Positions 37,581-46,965 of a stretch of 64,000 nt of DNA are shown here, one piece after another. Numbering within the stretch: the stretch's first letter is position 1; each line of letters starts with the position of its first letter. The notes beneath the pieces were generated by a model. It did no database searches and was not told the origin of the DNA. It saw nothing but the letters and a program-made list of their open reading frames with translations. Made by a program: the position numbers and the translations under genes. The DNA is from a virus: the IMG/VR virus record IMGVR_UViG_3300048592_000564, positions 1-64,000 of that record; one strand, written 5' to 3'.

Positions 37581-37958
37581 ATGTTGAATCGACGCACCCT
37601 ACTAGGCGGCCTTGCTGCCATTGCTTCTGGAGTTTGGTGTCAAGCAAAAACACTCGCCGCCCAGCGACACGATGGCGATGGTTCGACCATCTCTCCAGGC
37701 CAGCCCACCTGCCGAACTGCCTGGGTGTCCAGTGGACGCAAGCTGGATTTCGAGCGGTTTCATCGCGAATTTTCTATGGCGAGCTATCAGGGCCACAGGG
37801 TCGTGAACGCAATCAGCGTCTCCGATCGCAAGGGACGGACCGAATGGTATATCTGCCTGTCCGACGACACGGCCGAGAATCCCTACGATGAGATGCCGGC
37901 CAGGTTTGCGGGCCTCTTGTGCGAGGAAGCCAAGCGTCGACAGGAGCCCGCCGCATGA
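37581..37958 (+). CDS. hypothetical protein with Tat-like signal
   Basis: MLNRRTLLGGLAAIA. Confidence 0.5.
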   Translation: MLNRRTLLGGLAAIASGVWCQAKTLAAQRHDGDGSTISPGQPTCRTAWVSSGRKLDFERFHREFSMASYQGHRVVNAISVSDRKGRTEWYICLSDDTAENPYDEMPARFAGLLCEEAKRRQEPAA

Positions 37959-38134
37959 AAGCGTTTTGGTGGTGGTTTTGGACAATCAGTTCATTTCTGT
38001 ACGCGATATTCTGGCTTCACGCTGCCGCGACTCGCAATACCGACCACATGATGTCCTGTTTTGCAGCAGTGATCGCCTGCGGCGCGATGACCCGAACCTA
38101 CGAGGAGAAGCCATGCACGCCTACCGCCCCGTGA
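37955..38134 (+). CDS. small membrane protein
   Basis: AGGAG RBS; two hydrophobic segments. Confidence 0.45.
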   Translation: MKAFWWWFWTISSFLYAIFWLHAAATRNTDHMMSCFAAVIACGAMTRTYEEKPCTPTAP

Positions 38135-38493
38135 TTGACCGCTGCTGGATTGAACGCGAGAACGGCCACCAGCGCGACTACATCGACGCCATCGTGGCCC
38201 GCTACAACCAGCTGACGCTCGACCCCGACCGCAAAGAGCGAATGGCCGCCCAGCAGTGCGTGGTCTGCTGGAAGACCAGCCGGATTGGCGGCGCGGCCTG
38301 CACCCAGAGGCAGTGTGGACTTTGCGACACCACGCTCCACAGCGGTAGCACTAACATTGACGTATTGTGCCCTGAGTGCGCGCGACGTGCCAAACTGTGC
38401 CGGCACTGCGGGGCCGACTTGGAGCTGAAGAACCGACGCACCCGAGACATGCCGGAGCGAACGCCCGATATCAAGGAGGACGAGGAGTGCTAG
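38113..38493 (+). CDS. Cys-rich putative zinc-binding protein
   Basis: Four CxxC pairs; GAGGAG RBS. Confidence 0.55.
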   Translation: MHAYRPVIDRCWIERENGHQRDYIDAIVARYNQLTLDPDRKERMAAQQCVVCWKTSRIGGAACTQRQCGLCDTTLHSGSTNIDVLCPECARRAKLCRHCGADLELKNRRTRDMPERTPDIKEDEEC

Positions 38494-38879
38494 TTTGCCG
38501 AATCGAAATCTGGCCCCACGGATCATACGCCCGTCGGCGCACCCTCGGGACGCTCGTGATCGCGAACGACGGGACGGGCACCCAGGAGATCGGGCACTAC
38601 GACTGCGCGGTCGCGCACGCGGGACCGTATGCGGGAAAACCGGGGGCATGGCGAGGCGGTCGAGTGATCGGACACCTGCGGAAGCTCTCGCCCTATCACC
38701 TTGTGCGTGAAGCCCTGGCGGCGTGCCTGGAGGGGCGGCGTAGCAAGCGGGCCGACGGTCTGATCCAGCAGGTTCGCGACGCCGAGAGCGCCAAGCCGAT
38801 GATTGCGTTCGACAGCGCGGAAGAAATGCGAAAATTCACCGAGGGGTTCGCATACCGGCCCCAGGAGCAAGGATTATGA
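38487..38879 (+). CDS. phage hypothetical protein
   Basis: MLV..IEIWP.G...LG...IANDGTG pattern. Confidence 0.55.
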   Translation: MLVCRIEIWPHGSYARRRTLGTLVIANDGTGTQEIGHYDCAVAHAGPYAGKPGAWRGGRVIGHLRKLSPYHLVREALAACLEGRRSKRADGLIQQVRDAESAKPMIAFDSAEEMRKFTEGFAYRPQEQGL

Positions 38880-39061
38880 AGCTCGTCATCCAAGAACAAA
38901 AAACCAACGGCGTGGTGGCGAAATCCAGCACGACCACAACCTACCAGCCGGACGACGAACTTCGAGAGGTTGTCCATTATCTCGTGCGATGTCTCCAGAG
39001 CCTCACCCTGACGGCCGAACGTATCGTCAAGGTGATCGAACGCGAAACCAAGGGCGATTAG
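38876..39061 (+). CDS. hypothetical protein
   Basis: AGGA RBS, ATGA coupling. Confidence 0.45.
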   Translation: MKLVIQEQKTNGVVAKSSTTTTYQPDDELREVVHYLVRCLQSLTLTAERIVKVIERETKGD

Positions 39062-39137
39062 TCAAGGACGACCCAAAGGCCCAGGGATGGGCCACTTTTT
39101 GGAAATTTTGCATGTGGATCTGTCCACTGAAAGTCTG

Positions 39138-39214
39138 TACAATGCGAACGGCCGCTGGGGTGTCGCCCAACGGCCGTTCTGACCACCATCAACTTCAAGG
39201 AGTATCAGATGGCT
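39138..39214 (+). promoter_or_regulatory. HNH leader, copy 2
   Basis: TACAAT-GCGAACGGCCG..CGGCCGTTC-TGACCACCATC..ACTTC/GGAGT..GATGGCT. Confidence 0.75.
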
Positions 39215-40174
39215 AGCACCAATCCTAGCACGCGCAGCCCAAGATTCAAGGATGAAACAGGAAAACGATACGGGCGATGGCTTGTTGTGTCTCACGTCGG
39301 TGGCGAATATTGCCAGTGCAAATGCGACTGCGGAACCGTTAAAGACGTGCTTCTTGCGGCGATACGCAAGGGCCAGTCAAAGAGCTGTGGATGCGCCCGC
39401 TATGACAACCTTCCAGATTTGACAGGCGCAGTCGTCGGCAAATGGACGGTTCTGGCGATGTGCGAAAAGTCCTCACCGAATGACGCACGCCGTTGGCTAT
39501 GTAAATGCGTGTGCGGCACAGAGAAGTCGGTGCGCGACGAATCACTGCGAAACGGAGAATCTACATCTTGTCGATGCGAACAAAAGAATGCTCATCCGAG
39601 GCTGTCCACAACCGACCAGTGCCCAATATTTCCAGTCAGCGAATCGGCAATAATCAAGCATTGCCCAGGGTATCTCGGCTATGCCGTCAGCGATCACGGG
39701 GATTTGTTCAGCTGTAGAAATAGAAACGGTTTCGCTGGGGCAGCAAAGCAATGGAGGCAATTGACGCGTCTCGGGTCCGACAAGGACGGCTATCGACGGA
39801 CAGTGTTTACGATTGACGGCAAACCGCATTACGTTAGACGCTGTGTTTTAGTGTTAGAGGCATTTATTGGGCCACGTCCAGAAGGAATGATGGTGAGACA
39901 CCTTGACGGGCATAACACCAATGATCGCTTGGACAATCTGGCCTGGGGTACTGCATCAGAAAACCAGCAAGATGCTGTCAGGCACGGAACGCAATCAGGA
40001 CTAAAGGTGCGCGGTGAATCCACGCCTAACCATAAGATCACCGAGGCCGATGTTATCGAAATACGACGCTTGGCAGGAACCATGCCCCAGAGGGCAATTG
40101 GCGAACTAGTCGGATTAACCCAAACCACGGTTGGTCAAATAATCAGGAGACAGGCATGGAAGCATGTCGCGTAA
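39209..40174 (+). CDS. HNH homing endonuclease (two CDCG-type domains, NUMOD4-like, HNH, HTH)
   Basis: CKCDCG..SCGC and CKCVCG..SCRC; LEAFIGPRPEG..RHLDG..NLAWGT..EN. Confidence 0.9.
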   Translation: MASTNPSTRSPRFKDETGKRYGRWLVVSHVGGEYCQCKCDCGTVKDVLLAAIRKGQSKSCGCARYDNLPDLTGAVVGKWTVLAMCEKSSPNDARRWLCKCVCGTEKSVRDESLRNGESTSCRCEQKNAHPRLSTTDQCPIFPVSESAIIKHCPGYLGYAVSDHGDLFSCRNRNGFAGAAKQWRQLTRLGSDKDGYRRTVFTIDGKPHYVRRCVLVLEAFIGPRPEGMMVRHLDGHNTNDRLDNLAWGTASENQQDAVRHGTQSGLKVRGESTPNHKITEADVIEIRRLAGTMPQRAIGELVGLTQTTVGQIIRRQAWKHVA

Positions 40175-41073
40175 TCAAATCCCAGGCACCCTGTAGGATT
40201 TCCATCTGCGGCGGTTCGAGCGACCTGTCCTACCACTGGAGGCGACATCGTGGCTTTTTGGTCACGGCCGCGATCGATAAATACGTGACCGTCACGGTGC
40301 AGCCGGGAAATCGAATTGACACATCGCCCCAGCACCCATACGCGACCGCAGCAGGCTGGAGTTCACGCGATCTGGTCACCATCGAAAGTGACCTGCTTCC
40401 TGGAAGTGGGCTGGGCGGAAGTTCGTGTCTTATGACTGCACTCCTGCGCGCCCGCCATTCTGACCTTCCGGTTCACGAGCTTGCGATGGCGGCCTACCAC
40501 GCCGAAAGGTTTGGTCAAATCGCAGCCCCAATTGGGTACCAGGACGGCTTCGCGGCAGCGTTCGGCGGTTGCATTGCCCTGGAGATCGACCACGCGGGCC
40601 GGGTCGCAACATGGCCCGTCGCGCTCCCCGCCGACTTCGAGCGCCGCCTTGTCCTGATGAACACTGGGGTTCAGCGCCCAGCCGCCGACGTGCTAAGGAA
40701 GCAAGAGGCGGCGACCAGCACGTCACTGGTAAGCCGGGAAGCGATGGAGTCGATAGCCAATCTTGGCCACGAAATCTACGCCGATATTCGCGACAACCAA
40801 GGCCAGAATTTCGGCCCCATGCTTGATCGTCACTGGAAATACAAACGAGCAGTTGCTAGTGTGATGTCAAATCCAGCGATCGACGCATGGTACGACCTCG
40901 CCCTGGATCACGGTGCCACCGGAGGAAAACTGATTGGCGCAGGGAGCTCCGGCTTCTTTTTGTTTGTCGTCCCGCCCGACCGTCGCTACCATTTTGTCGA
41001 CACCATGACGGCCGCGGGCCTGACGGAGCTTCCGTTCCAGTTTACCGACCAGGGGGCGAGGATTATCAAATGA
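40156..41073 (+). CDS. hddA: D-glycero-alpha-D-manno-heptose-7-phosphate kinase-like GHMP kinase
   Basis: APCRISICGGSSD, GSGLGGSS, GYQD..AAAFGG, W..KR..SN..ID..Y, GGKLIGAG. Confidence 0.8.
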   Translation: MEACRVIKSQAPCRISICGGSSDLSYHWRRHRGFLVTAAIDKYVTVTVQPGNRIDTSPQHPYATAAGWSSRDLVTIESDLLPGSGLGGSSCLMTALLRARHSDLPVHELAMAAYHAERFGQIAAPIGYQDGFAAAFGGCIALEIDHAGRVATWPVALPADFERRLVLMNTGVQRPAADVLRKQEAATSTSLVSREAMESIANLGHEIYADIRDNQGQNFGPMLDRHWKYKRAVASVMSNPAIDAWYDLALDHGATGGKLIGAGSSGFFLFVVPPDRRYHFVDTMTAAGLTELPFQFTDQGARIIK

Positions 41074-41276
41074 ACGACCTCATCGAAGCGCTGACGATCC
41101 TCCTGAAATACGGGAATCCCCGAAATCCGACGCACTGCGAGCACGACCAGCTCACGATCGCGGAAATCGACCCGAACGACGTCTCGCCAGAGGACCGGGC
41201 CAGGCTCTACGAACTCGGGTTTTTAGTGTCCGAGGCCGACGAGTGCTTTATGTCATTTCGATACGGGAGTGCGTGA
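41070..41276 (+). CDS. phage hypothetical protein
   Basis: MNDLIEAL.I..KY...PTHCEHD...SFRYGSA. Confidence 0.6.
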   Translation: MNDLIEALTILLKYGNPRNPTHCEHDQLTIAEIDPNDVSPEDRARLYELGFLVSEADECFMSFRYGSA

Positions 41277-41442
41277 TGACACCCGAGCAAGCCATTGAAC
41301 TGATCGAGAGAACCCTTGTGGAGCAGAAGCTAGCTCTACAGGCGTGGCACGACGCTTGGCTAATGCAGGGCGAGGGCCGCGTGCTCGCGATGGTGGAGGC
41401 CCACCGGAAGACCTGCCGGGCACTGGGGATGGAGGAGAACAC

Positions 41443-41664
41443 GTGAGCGCCGAATTTTTCGCCGTCCAGGAACAAGATCGCTCACGGCTAGACCGCGCGA
41501 CCAAGACTACCTACGTGAACCTGGACGCGATCCTGTACGTCGACGACTACGGGGTTCGAGGCGAGCCCATGCGGGTGTCGTGCGTCGGAAAGGAAACCTA
41601 CTGGCTTGTAAACGACGACGCCGAACGGCTCGTCGCAAAGCTGAAGGAACGGTGCAAGTCATGA
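41443..41664 (+). CDS. hypothetical protein
   Basis: GGAG RBS, GTGA coupling. Confidence 0.45.
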   Translation: MSAEFFAVQEQDRSRLDRATKTTYVNLDAILYVDDYGVRGEPMRVSCVGKETYWLVNDDAERLVAKLKERCKS

Positions 41665-42257
41665 GCCCAACTACCAACCTCCTGGACTGCTGCGTGCGGT
41701 CCATCCAAGGGCTCGACCACGAGCAGATCGACGACGCAGCCAGAATACTCTCCCGCGTTAGACGCGAACGCGGTCGGCTATTTCTCGCCGGCTCAGGCGG
41801 CGGGGCCGCGCACGCCTCGCACGCCTGCTGCGATTTCAGAAAACTTTGCGGCATCGAGGCATACTGTGTCTCGGACAACGCCGCCGAATTGACGGCCCGC
41901 GTCAACGACGACGGCTGGGAATCCAGTTATGCGAACTGGCTTCGGGTGCCCCGGCTTGATCGCAACGACGCCCTACTGATCGTGAGCGTCGGAGGAGGAT
42001 CCACGCACCCACCGGTATCCACGAACCTCGTGACCGCAATGGAGTTCGCTCGATCGCTCGGGGCCGCTACCCTGGCCGTGGTTGGCCGTGATGGAGGACA
42101 CGCGGGCCGGGTGGCCGATGTCGCGGTCCTGATCCCGTGCGATCGGCCGGAATTCGTGACGCCGGTCACGGAGGCGGTCCAGAGCGTAGTGCTCCACGCC
42201 CTCGCGGTCCATCCCCTGTTGGCAATCCTGAAGGCGAAATGGGAGGGACTTGTATGA
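41661..42257 (+). CDS. gmhA: phosphoheptose isomerase (SIS domain)
   Basis: GSGGGAAHASH..DF, LTARVND.G, SVGG..S.NL, GRDGG, E..Q..LH. Confidence 0.85.
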   Translation: MSPTTNLLDCCVRSIQGLDHEQIDDAARILSRVRRERGRLFLAGSGGGAAHASHACCDFRKLCGIEAYCVSDNAAELTARVNDDGWESSYANWLRVPRLDRNDALLIVSVGGGSTHPPVSTNLVTAMEFARSLGAATLAVVGRDGGHAGRVADVAVLIPCDRPEFVTPVTEAVQSVVLHALAVHPLLAILKAKWEGLV

Positions 42258-42421
42258 ACGCGAGGACGTTGCGGTTTGCGATGAGCTTCATTACCGGATC
42301 ACTGACAGGAGTTGCCATTGCGGAACTCAATCGCGGCCATCTCGCGACCGCAATTGGATTGACGCTTGCCGTTGCTGTGTCGGTGTTTTTCCGCTGCCTA
42401 ACGATCGAGCATTCGCCATGA
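42254..42421 (+). CDS. small membrane protein
   Basis: GGAGG RBS; two hydrophobic helices. Confidence 0.45.
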   Translation: MNARTLRFAMSFITGSLTGVAIAELNRGHLATAIGLTLAVAVSVFFRCLTIEHSP

Positions 42422-42744
42422 ACCCCTACGAACAATGCTTCCATGACCTCGGGATCGAGTCCCCCACGATTGAAGACCGCCGGGCCCTGCGCCGTCTGGT
42501 CGCCACCGTGGCGCCCGACGTCCGGACGGTCGAGCGAGCCCGCCTCGAGGCGTCCACGCAGCGTCGACGGTGCCGCGAGGACGACGCCAGGGTCGACGTG
42601 TTGCGAGACGCCATCGAGGCCGTGCTGGCGCTACCGCGTGTCCCGGGCACGATTGAACGCAGGCTCCAGGCCGCGATGGACGCGACCGCCTACGACGGCC
42701 GGACCGTGCAAGAGATCGTCCGCGCCGCCGGGGAGGTGACGTGA
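42418..42744 (+). CDS. hypothetical protein
   Basis: ATGA coupling. Confidence 0.45.
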   Translation: MNPYEQCFHDLGIESPTIEDRRALRRLVATVAPDVRTVERARLEASTQRRRCREDDARVDVLRDAIEAVLALPRVPGTIERRLQAAMDATAYDGRTVQEIVRAAGEVT

Positions 42745-42836
42745 CGAGCAGATTTTTGTTGTTTTGTCGCCATGACGTGGCTACCATCCTGCAGGAACGC
42801 TACGCATCTACGCGGTTGGGATTGAAAGCAAGTCAC

Positions 42837-43748
42837 ATGGGACCCAAGAGAATTAAGCCGCATACCAAAATAGTTGATGTTCGCCGCGAACCAGACAAAA
42901 TCCTTCCCGTGTCGTGGATCAGCCTTGCTGAATCAACCGCCCATGAACTTGCGTATCGCTTTGGCATGTCCTACGAGCACGTTATCTCGATTTCAAATGC
43001 AATCAAAGACGGAATGGCTCACGTGTATCCGTCTCTAAATGGAATATCCAGAATCGACGCAGGCAAACAGCACACGTGGTTTGCCCGAATCCATCGCGGC
43101 GCAGTGTCCGGCAGTCACACCGCAGCCAAGTCGTTCGCCGACAGCCGATGCGGTGGGCGAGAAAAGGCCCTTCAGGCAGCAAGGCAGTGGCGAGACGACA
43201 CGCTGGCTACGATAGTAATCGCAACACCAAAGGAACACGCCTGTGTAAAAACGACCAATCGGCAGCGGCGCGAAACTATGGAGAAGCAATTGCAGGTGCA
43301 TGGCAAGTGCTACATGCGAACCGGAACCGGCTTACTGGCAAGCAAGCGAGCCGCGATTGAGTTTGGCCAGCACGGCAAGACCTGTGCGGCGATTCGCGAT
43401 GGTGCTCAGGACGGCTTCTACCTTGGCGGCAACCGGCCGCGTTACGCCGTCGCCGGCTTCATGAATGAAATCACGCCCAGGATTGAAAAGCAGATCCGAC
43501 GAGAAATCAGGAGACGAGCCAGGCACTGGATGTCCAGCGAGGACATTGAACTGGCGGCGAGCAACGCTATGATGTCCTGGGCGTCAATCGACCTGTCTAG
43601 CGTATCGGAAGACTATATTGAACGACTGGCAGGAAGCGTGGTCAGGACCGCCGACCGAAGACGCTCGGCAGAACGAAAAAAACAGGGGGTATCGCTTGAT
43701 CTTAATGGCGAGATCGAAACCCTAGAGCGACAAAGAGAACGATGGTAG
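42837..43748 (+). CDS. AP2-domain-containing protein
   Basis: GISRID...WFARI...KSF.D...GG.EKAL..A..WRD; own promoter TTGTTT-17-TACCAT at 42759-42787; lower GC. Confidence 0.65.
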   Translation: MGPKRIKPHTKIVDVRREPDKILPVSWISLAESTAHELAYRFGMSYEHVISISNAIKDGMAHVYPSLNGISRIDAGKQHTWFARIHRGAVSGSHTAAKSFADSRCGGREKALQAARQWRDDTLATIVIATPKEHACVKTTNRQRRETMEKQLQVHGKCYMRTGTGLLASKRAAIEFGQHGKTCAAIRDGAQDGFYLGGNRPRYAVAGFMNEITPRIEKQIRREIRRRARHWMSSEDIELAASNAMMSWASIDLSSVSEDYIERLAGSVVRTADRRRSAERKKQGVSLDLNGEIETLERQRERW

Positions 43749-44193
43749 CAACGGGCCATTTGCCGCGCATTCTTGTTGAGTGCTCGGTGTCCTCTTCAGC
43801 TTTCTGGCTGACCGCGGGGGGACGGCATATATGGAAGCGTCACCGCCATCTGGCCCATTGCTACCTCGACAGCAAATTAAGACAACGCCCCGGTTCACCC
43901 AGTCGCCGAGGTGGACCTTCCATTTGAATCCGACCCAACCGGCGGCTTGGGTGCAACCGATGGTTCGCCATGACGTTCGCGTGCTATTGGGATCGCCTCC
44001 GGGCCGCAACACCCGGCCTGAGCAACGACGAGACCTCGATGCGGATCAGCGTCTTGAACTTCCGGCTCGCGATCAGCCGAGCCTACGCGGCCGGACGTGA
44101 CGAGGCCCGGCAGCACATCGAGCGAACCGCCGACGAACTCACGGGCGACCAGGGCATCATGGACGTGTTCAAGGGGATTTTCGGGGACAAGCG

Positions 44194-44565
44194 ATGACAA
44201 GATTTGAAAAGTTACTCGCGTACCTGCTCAAGTACCATTTTACCTACGACGAACTGGAAAAAATCGTCGACCTCAAACTGGAATGCGAGCACTATAGCGA
44301 CATCGAGAGAGTCGTGTTTCCTGAATTGTCCCCAGCGGTCAATAAGCTATTGGCCCGGATGGGATGGGACGAAAAGCCGTACATTGAACGACTTCTTGAT
44401 GAGCAAAGGCTCTATATGCAGGCGATCCATCAAGACGAACTGGCAGAACGGCAGGCCCTTATCGAACGCATGCACACGCAATGCCATTCGGTTCGCAACC
44501 TTGCTAGCATGCGCGACGCCGCCCAAAGGTTTTTGCGTGACACCGAGGACTGTAAGGTCTCATGA
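44194..44565 (+). CDS. hypothetical protein
   Basis: ATGA coupling on both sides. Confidence 0.45.
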   Translation: MTRFEKLLAYLLKYHFTYDELEKIVDLKLECEHYSDIERVVFPELSPAVNKLLARMGWDEKPYIERLLDEQRLYMQAIHQDELAERQALIERMHTQCHSVRNLASMRDAAQRFLRDTEDCKVS

Positions 44566-45059
44566 ATCAGGCATGCTTTTTCGATCTCGACGGAACTTTG
44601 GTCCGCGCTTTCCCCGAGGGCGACACCACCCGTGGACCACGGACCCGCGATGAGGTTGAAATCCTGCCGGGCACCAAAGAGTCGCTCGACCGACTATTCG
44701 ACGCAGGCTACGCGTTGCTTGTGGTCACGAACCAGCCGGGACTTGCCCGCGGCGACCTCGACCCATTGGAACACGCGGGCGTTCGGCTGATGATCCGCGT
44801 GGAACTGCCGGTTCGCAAAATCTATACTTGCCCGCACGACGGCGACTGGTGCGCATGCAGGAAGCCGCGGCCGGGGCTCATCATCGGAGCCGCGGTCGAA
44901 TACGAACTCGACCTCGCCCGCTGCTGGATGATCGGCGACCGGGAGTCGGACCGTGAGGCCGCGATCCGGGCCGGGATCCCGCAGGCCCAGACGATCAAGC
45001 TCGAAACCAACCAAGGCATCAAGGAGGCGGTGGACGCAATCCTTGCCTTTGCAAAATGA
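44562..45059 (+). CDS. gmhB: D,D-heptose 1,7-bisphosphate phosphatase (HAD-IIIA)
   Basis: FDLDGTL, VTNQPG, CPH...C.CRKP.PG, MIGDR.SD. Confidence 0.85.
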   Translation: MNQACFFDLDGTLVRAFPEGDTTRGPRTRDEVEILPGTKESLDRLFDAGYALLVVTNQPGLARGDLDPLEHAGVRLMIRVELPVRKIYTCPHDGDWCACRKPRPGLIIGAAVEYELDLARCWMIGDRESDREAAIRAGIPQAQTIKLETNQGIKEAVDAILAFAK

Positions 45060-45071
45060 CCGTTTTTATAC

Positions 45072-45171
45072 TTGAACGACCGTACAGTAATCGGTAACAT
45101 GCGAACGGCCCGGACGTTGGAGCGCCCGAGCCGTTCTAACCACCATCAGCTGTAGGGAGCGTCAAGTGGCT
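45072..45171 (+). promoter_or_regulatory. HNH leader, copy 3
   Basis: TTGAAC-17-TAACAT-GCGAACGGC..GCCGTTC-TAACCAC..GCT/AGC..GTGGCT. Confidence 0.75.
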
Positions 45172-45756
45172 TCGATAAATTGTATCATGGACTGCCCGCC
45201 GTTGCCAGTTGTAGAAGGTGTTGAAATTCGGCACTGCGAAGGATATCCAGGGTACGCCATTGGCAGCGATGGCTCCCCGTGGTCGTGCCGGCCGTGCGTC
45301 CGAACTGGGCTCAAAATAGCATGGAGGCGACTTACGCCATGCCCAGACAAACAAGGCTACCTGCACATCAGTTGCCAGGTGAACGGGCGGCTGATTCGCC
45401 CCAAAATAGGCCACCTTGTAGCCAACGCATTCATCGGGCCAAATCCAGGAAAGCTGGATTTGTGTCACGGGGACGGCAATAAGCAGAACAACCGCGTCGA
45501 AAACCTGCGGTGGGGGACTCGCAGCGAGAACACGCAGGACGCATTACGGCACGGCACGTTTCACATTGTTGGGCATCCAGGGGAACGTAACGCAAACTCC
45601 AAAATTACCGCATCGCAGGTCAAGGAAATTCGCAGCACCCCAGGGAAAAGCCACGTCGAATGGGCGCGCGAACTTGGCGTTACCCCAACGGCAATTTATT
45701 CAATTCGCGCAGGAAGGACATGGAAGAATGAACCAAGCCCTCGACATAACGATTGA
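45166..45756 (+). CDS. HNH homing endonuclease (NUMOD4-like, HNH, HTH)
   Basis: YPGY..SDG; HLVANAFIGP..CHGDGNK.NN..NLRWGT.SEN; GE.N.NSKI. Confidence 0.9.
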   Translation: MASINCIMDCPPLPVVEGVEIRHCEGYPGYAIGSDGSPWSCRPCVRTGLKIAWRRLTPCPDKQGYLHISCQVNGRLIRPKIGHLVANAFIGPNPGKLDLCHGDGNKQNNRVENLRWGTRSENTQDALRHGTFHIVGHPGERNANSKITASQVKEIRSTPGKSHVEWARELGVTPTAIYSIRAGRTWKNEPSPRHND

Positions 45757-46459
45757 CGTGTTTTGCGACTCCGCCGACCTCACGATCATGCACGGAATCG
45801 TGGAGCAGTACCCCTATGTGCGAGGCTGGACCACCAACCCTTCGATCTGCCGACGCTGTGGGGTCGTGGACTACAAGGGCTTTATCGTGGACGCGCTCAC
45901 GAAGCTGCCACCGCTCCCCTTGTCCGTCGAGGTTGTGGCCGACGAGCCACGCGAGATTGATAAGCAGGCCCGCTACCTGGAACGCTTGGCTCGCTTGCAC
46001 GGTCGGCGAGATACGCTGTATGTCAAGGTCCCAGCCGTGAACTCGCGCGGCATTTCGCTCGCGCCATTGATGCGAGAACTTGCCCAGGATGGCGTGCAGA
46101 TCAACGCCACGGCGGTGCTGTCCTACGAGAGCGCCGAACTGGTTACCGACGCCCTGTCGGGCGGTCCCGCCTCTTGGGTCTCGGTCTTTGTCGGGAGACT
46201 GGCCGACCGAGGCACTGAACCACTGGACGAAATGCCGCGATATGTGAAGCGGATCAACGAAGCGACCCGCACAATCTGGGCCAGTCCCCGAGAACCGCTA
46301 AACGTGCTTCAAGCGCAACGCCTCGGCTTCGACGCTATCACGGTGTTTCACGACTTCATCAAAAAGCTCCACCTGTTCGGCAAGGACTTGCGTGAGTTTG
46401 AGATTGAGACGAGCCGTATGTTCTTGCAGGATTCCATTTCGGCGGGGTACCAGATATGA
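45728..46459 (+). CDS. talC: transaldolase (TalC/FSA type)
   Basis: FCDSAD, GWTTNPS, SVEV, YVKVP (Schiff-base Lys), INATAV, SVFVGR..D, WASPRE. Confidence 0.9.
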   Translation: MNQALDITIDVFCDSADLTIMHGIVEQYPYVRGWTTNPSICRRCGVVDYKGFIVDALTKLPPLPLSVEVVADEPREIDKQARYLERLARLHGRRDTLYVKVPAVNSRGISLAPLMRELAQDGVQINATAVLSYESAELVTDALSGGPASWVSVFVGRLADRGTEPLDEMPRYVKRINEATRTIWASPREPLNVLQAQRLGFDAITVFHDFIKKLHLFGKDLREFEIETSRMFLQDSISAGYQI

Positions 46460-46676
46460 CAAACCGCCCCCTTCAATACGGCCGATGGAACATCCGATGC
46501 CGACTGACCGTTGACTGCCTGCGCCGAACCTACGACCGCGACCCCGGCTGGAGACTACTCAGCATCGGGATATTCCGGCTCGCGCCCATGATCCCCGTTG
46601 GCGATGATCCCCGTTACCACGTCGAGCGGGGCTTCTGGTGGGAAATCGACATCTGGCTCCCGTGGAGGATTCGCTC

Positions 46677-46964
46677 GTGAAAATCGCCCTCGACTTCGAC
46701 GACACCCTGACGGCCGACCCGAGGCTCTGGGCCGTGTTCGTAAATGCCGCCCGCAGCCGCGGCCACGAGGTCTGGCTCGTGACCGCCCGACGGGACACCG
46801 AGGAGAACCGCCAGATCATCGAGGCATGGCTCGACCACTGGGGCCACAATCTCCCGGTCCTGTTTACCAATCTCGGCAGCAAACTCGCGGCCGTGGAGCG
46901 GCAGGGCATCAAGATCGACATCTGGATCGATGACGACCCCGCGAGCCTTGTAAACGGACGCTGA
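46677..46964 (+). CDS. small HAD-like phosphatase
   Basis: IALDFDDT, VTAR, K, IDIWIDD. Confidence 0.7.
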   Translation: MKIALDFDDTLTADPRLWAVFVNAARSRGHEVWLVTARRDTEENRQIIEAWLDHWGHNLPVLFTNLGSKLAAVERQGIKIDIWIDDDPASLVNGR

Positions 46965-46965
46965 A

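Noticed and set aside
36400-45760. Group I introns or IscB/HEARO elements around the HNH genes
   Set aside because: The HNH genes lie between intact genes, there is no room for a ribozyme core, and no RuvC or PLMP motifs are present.
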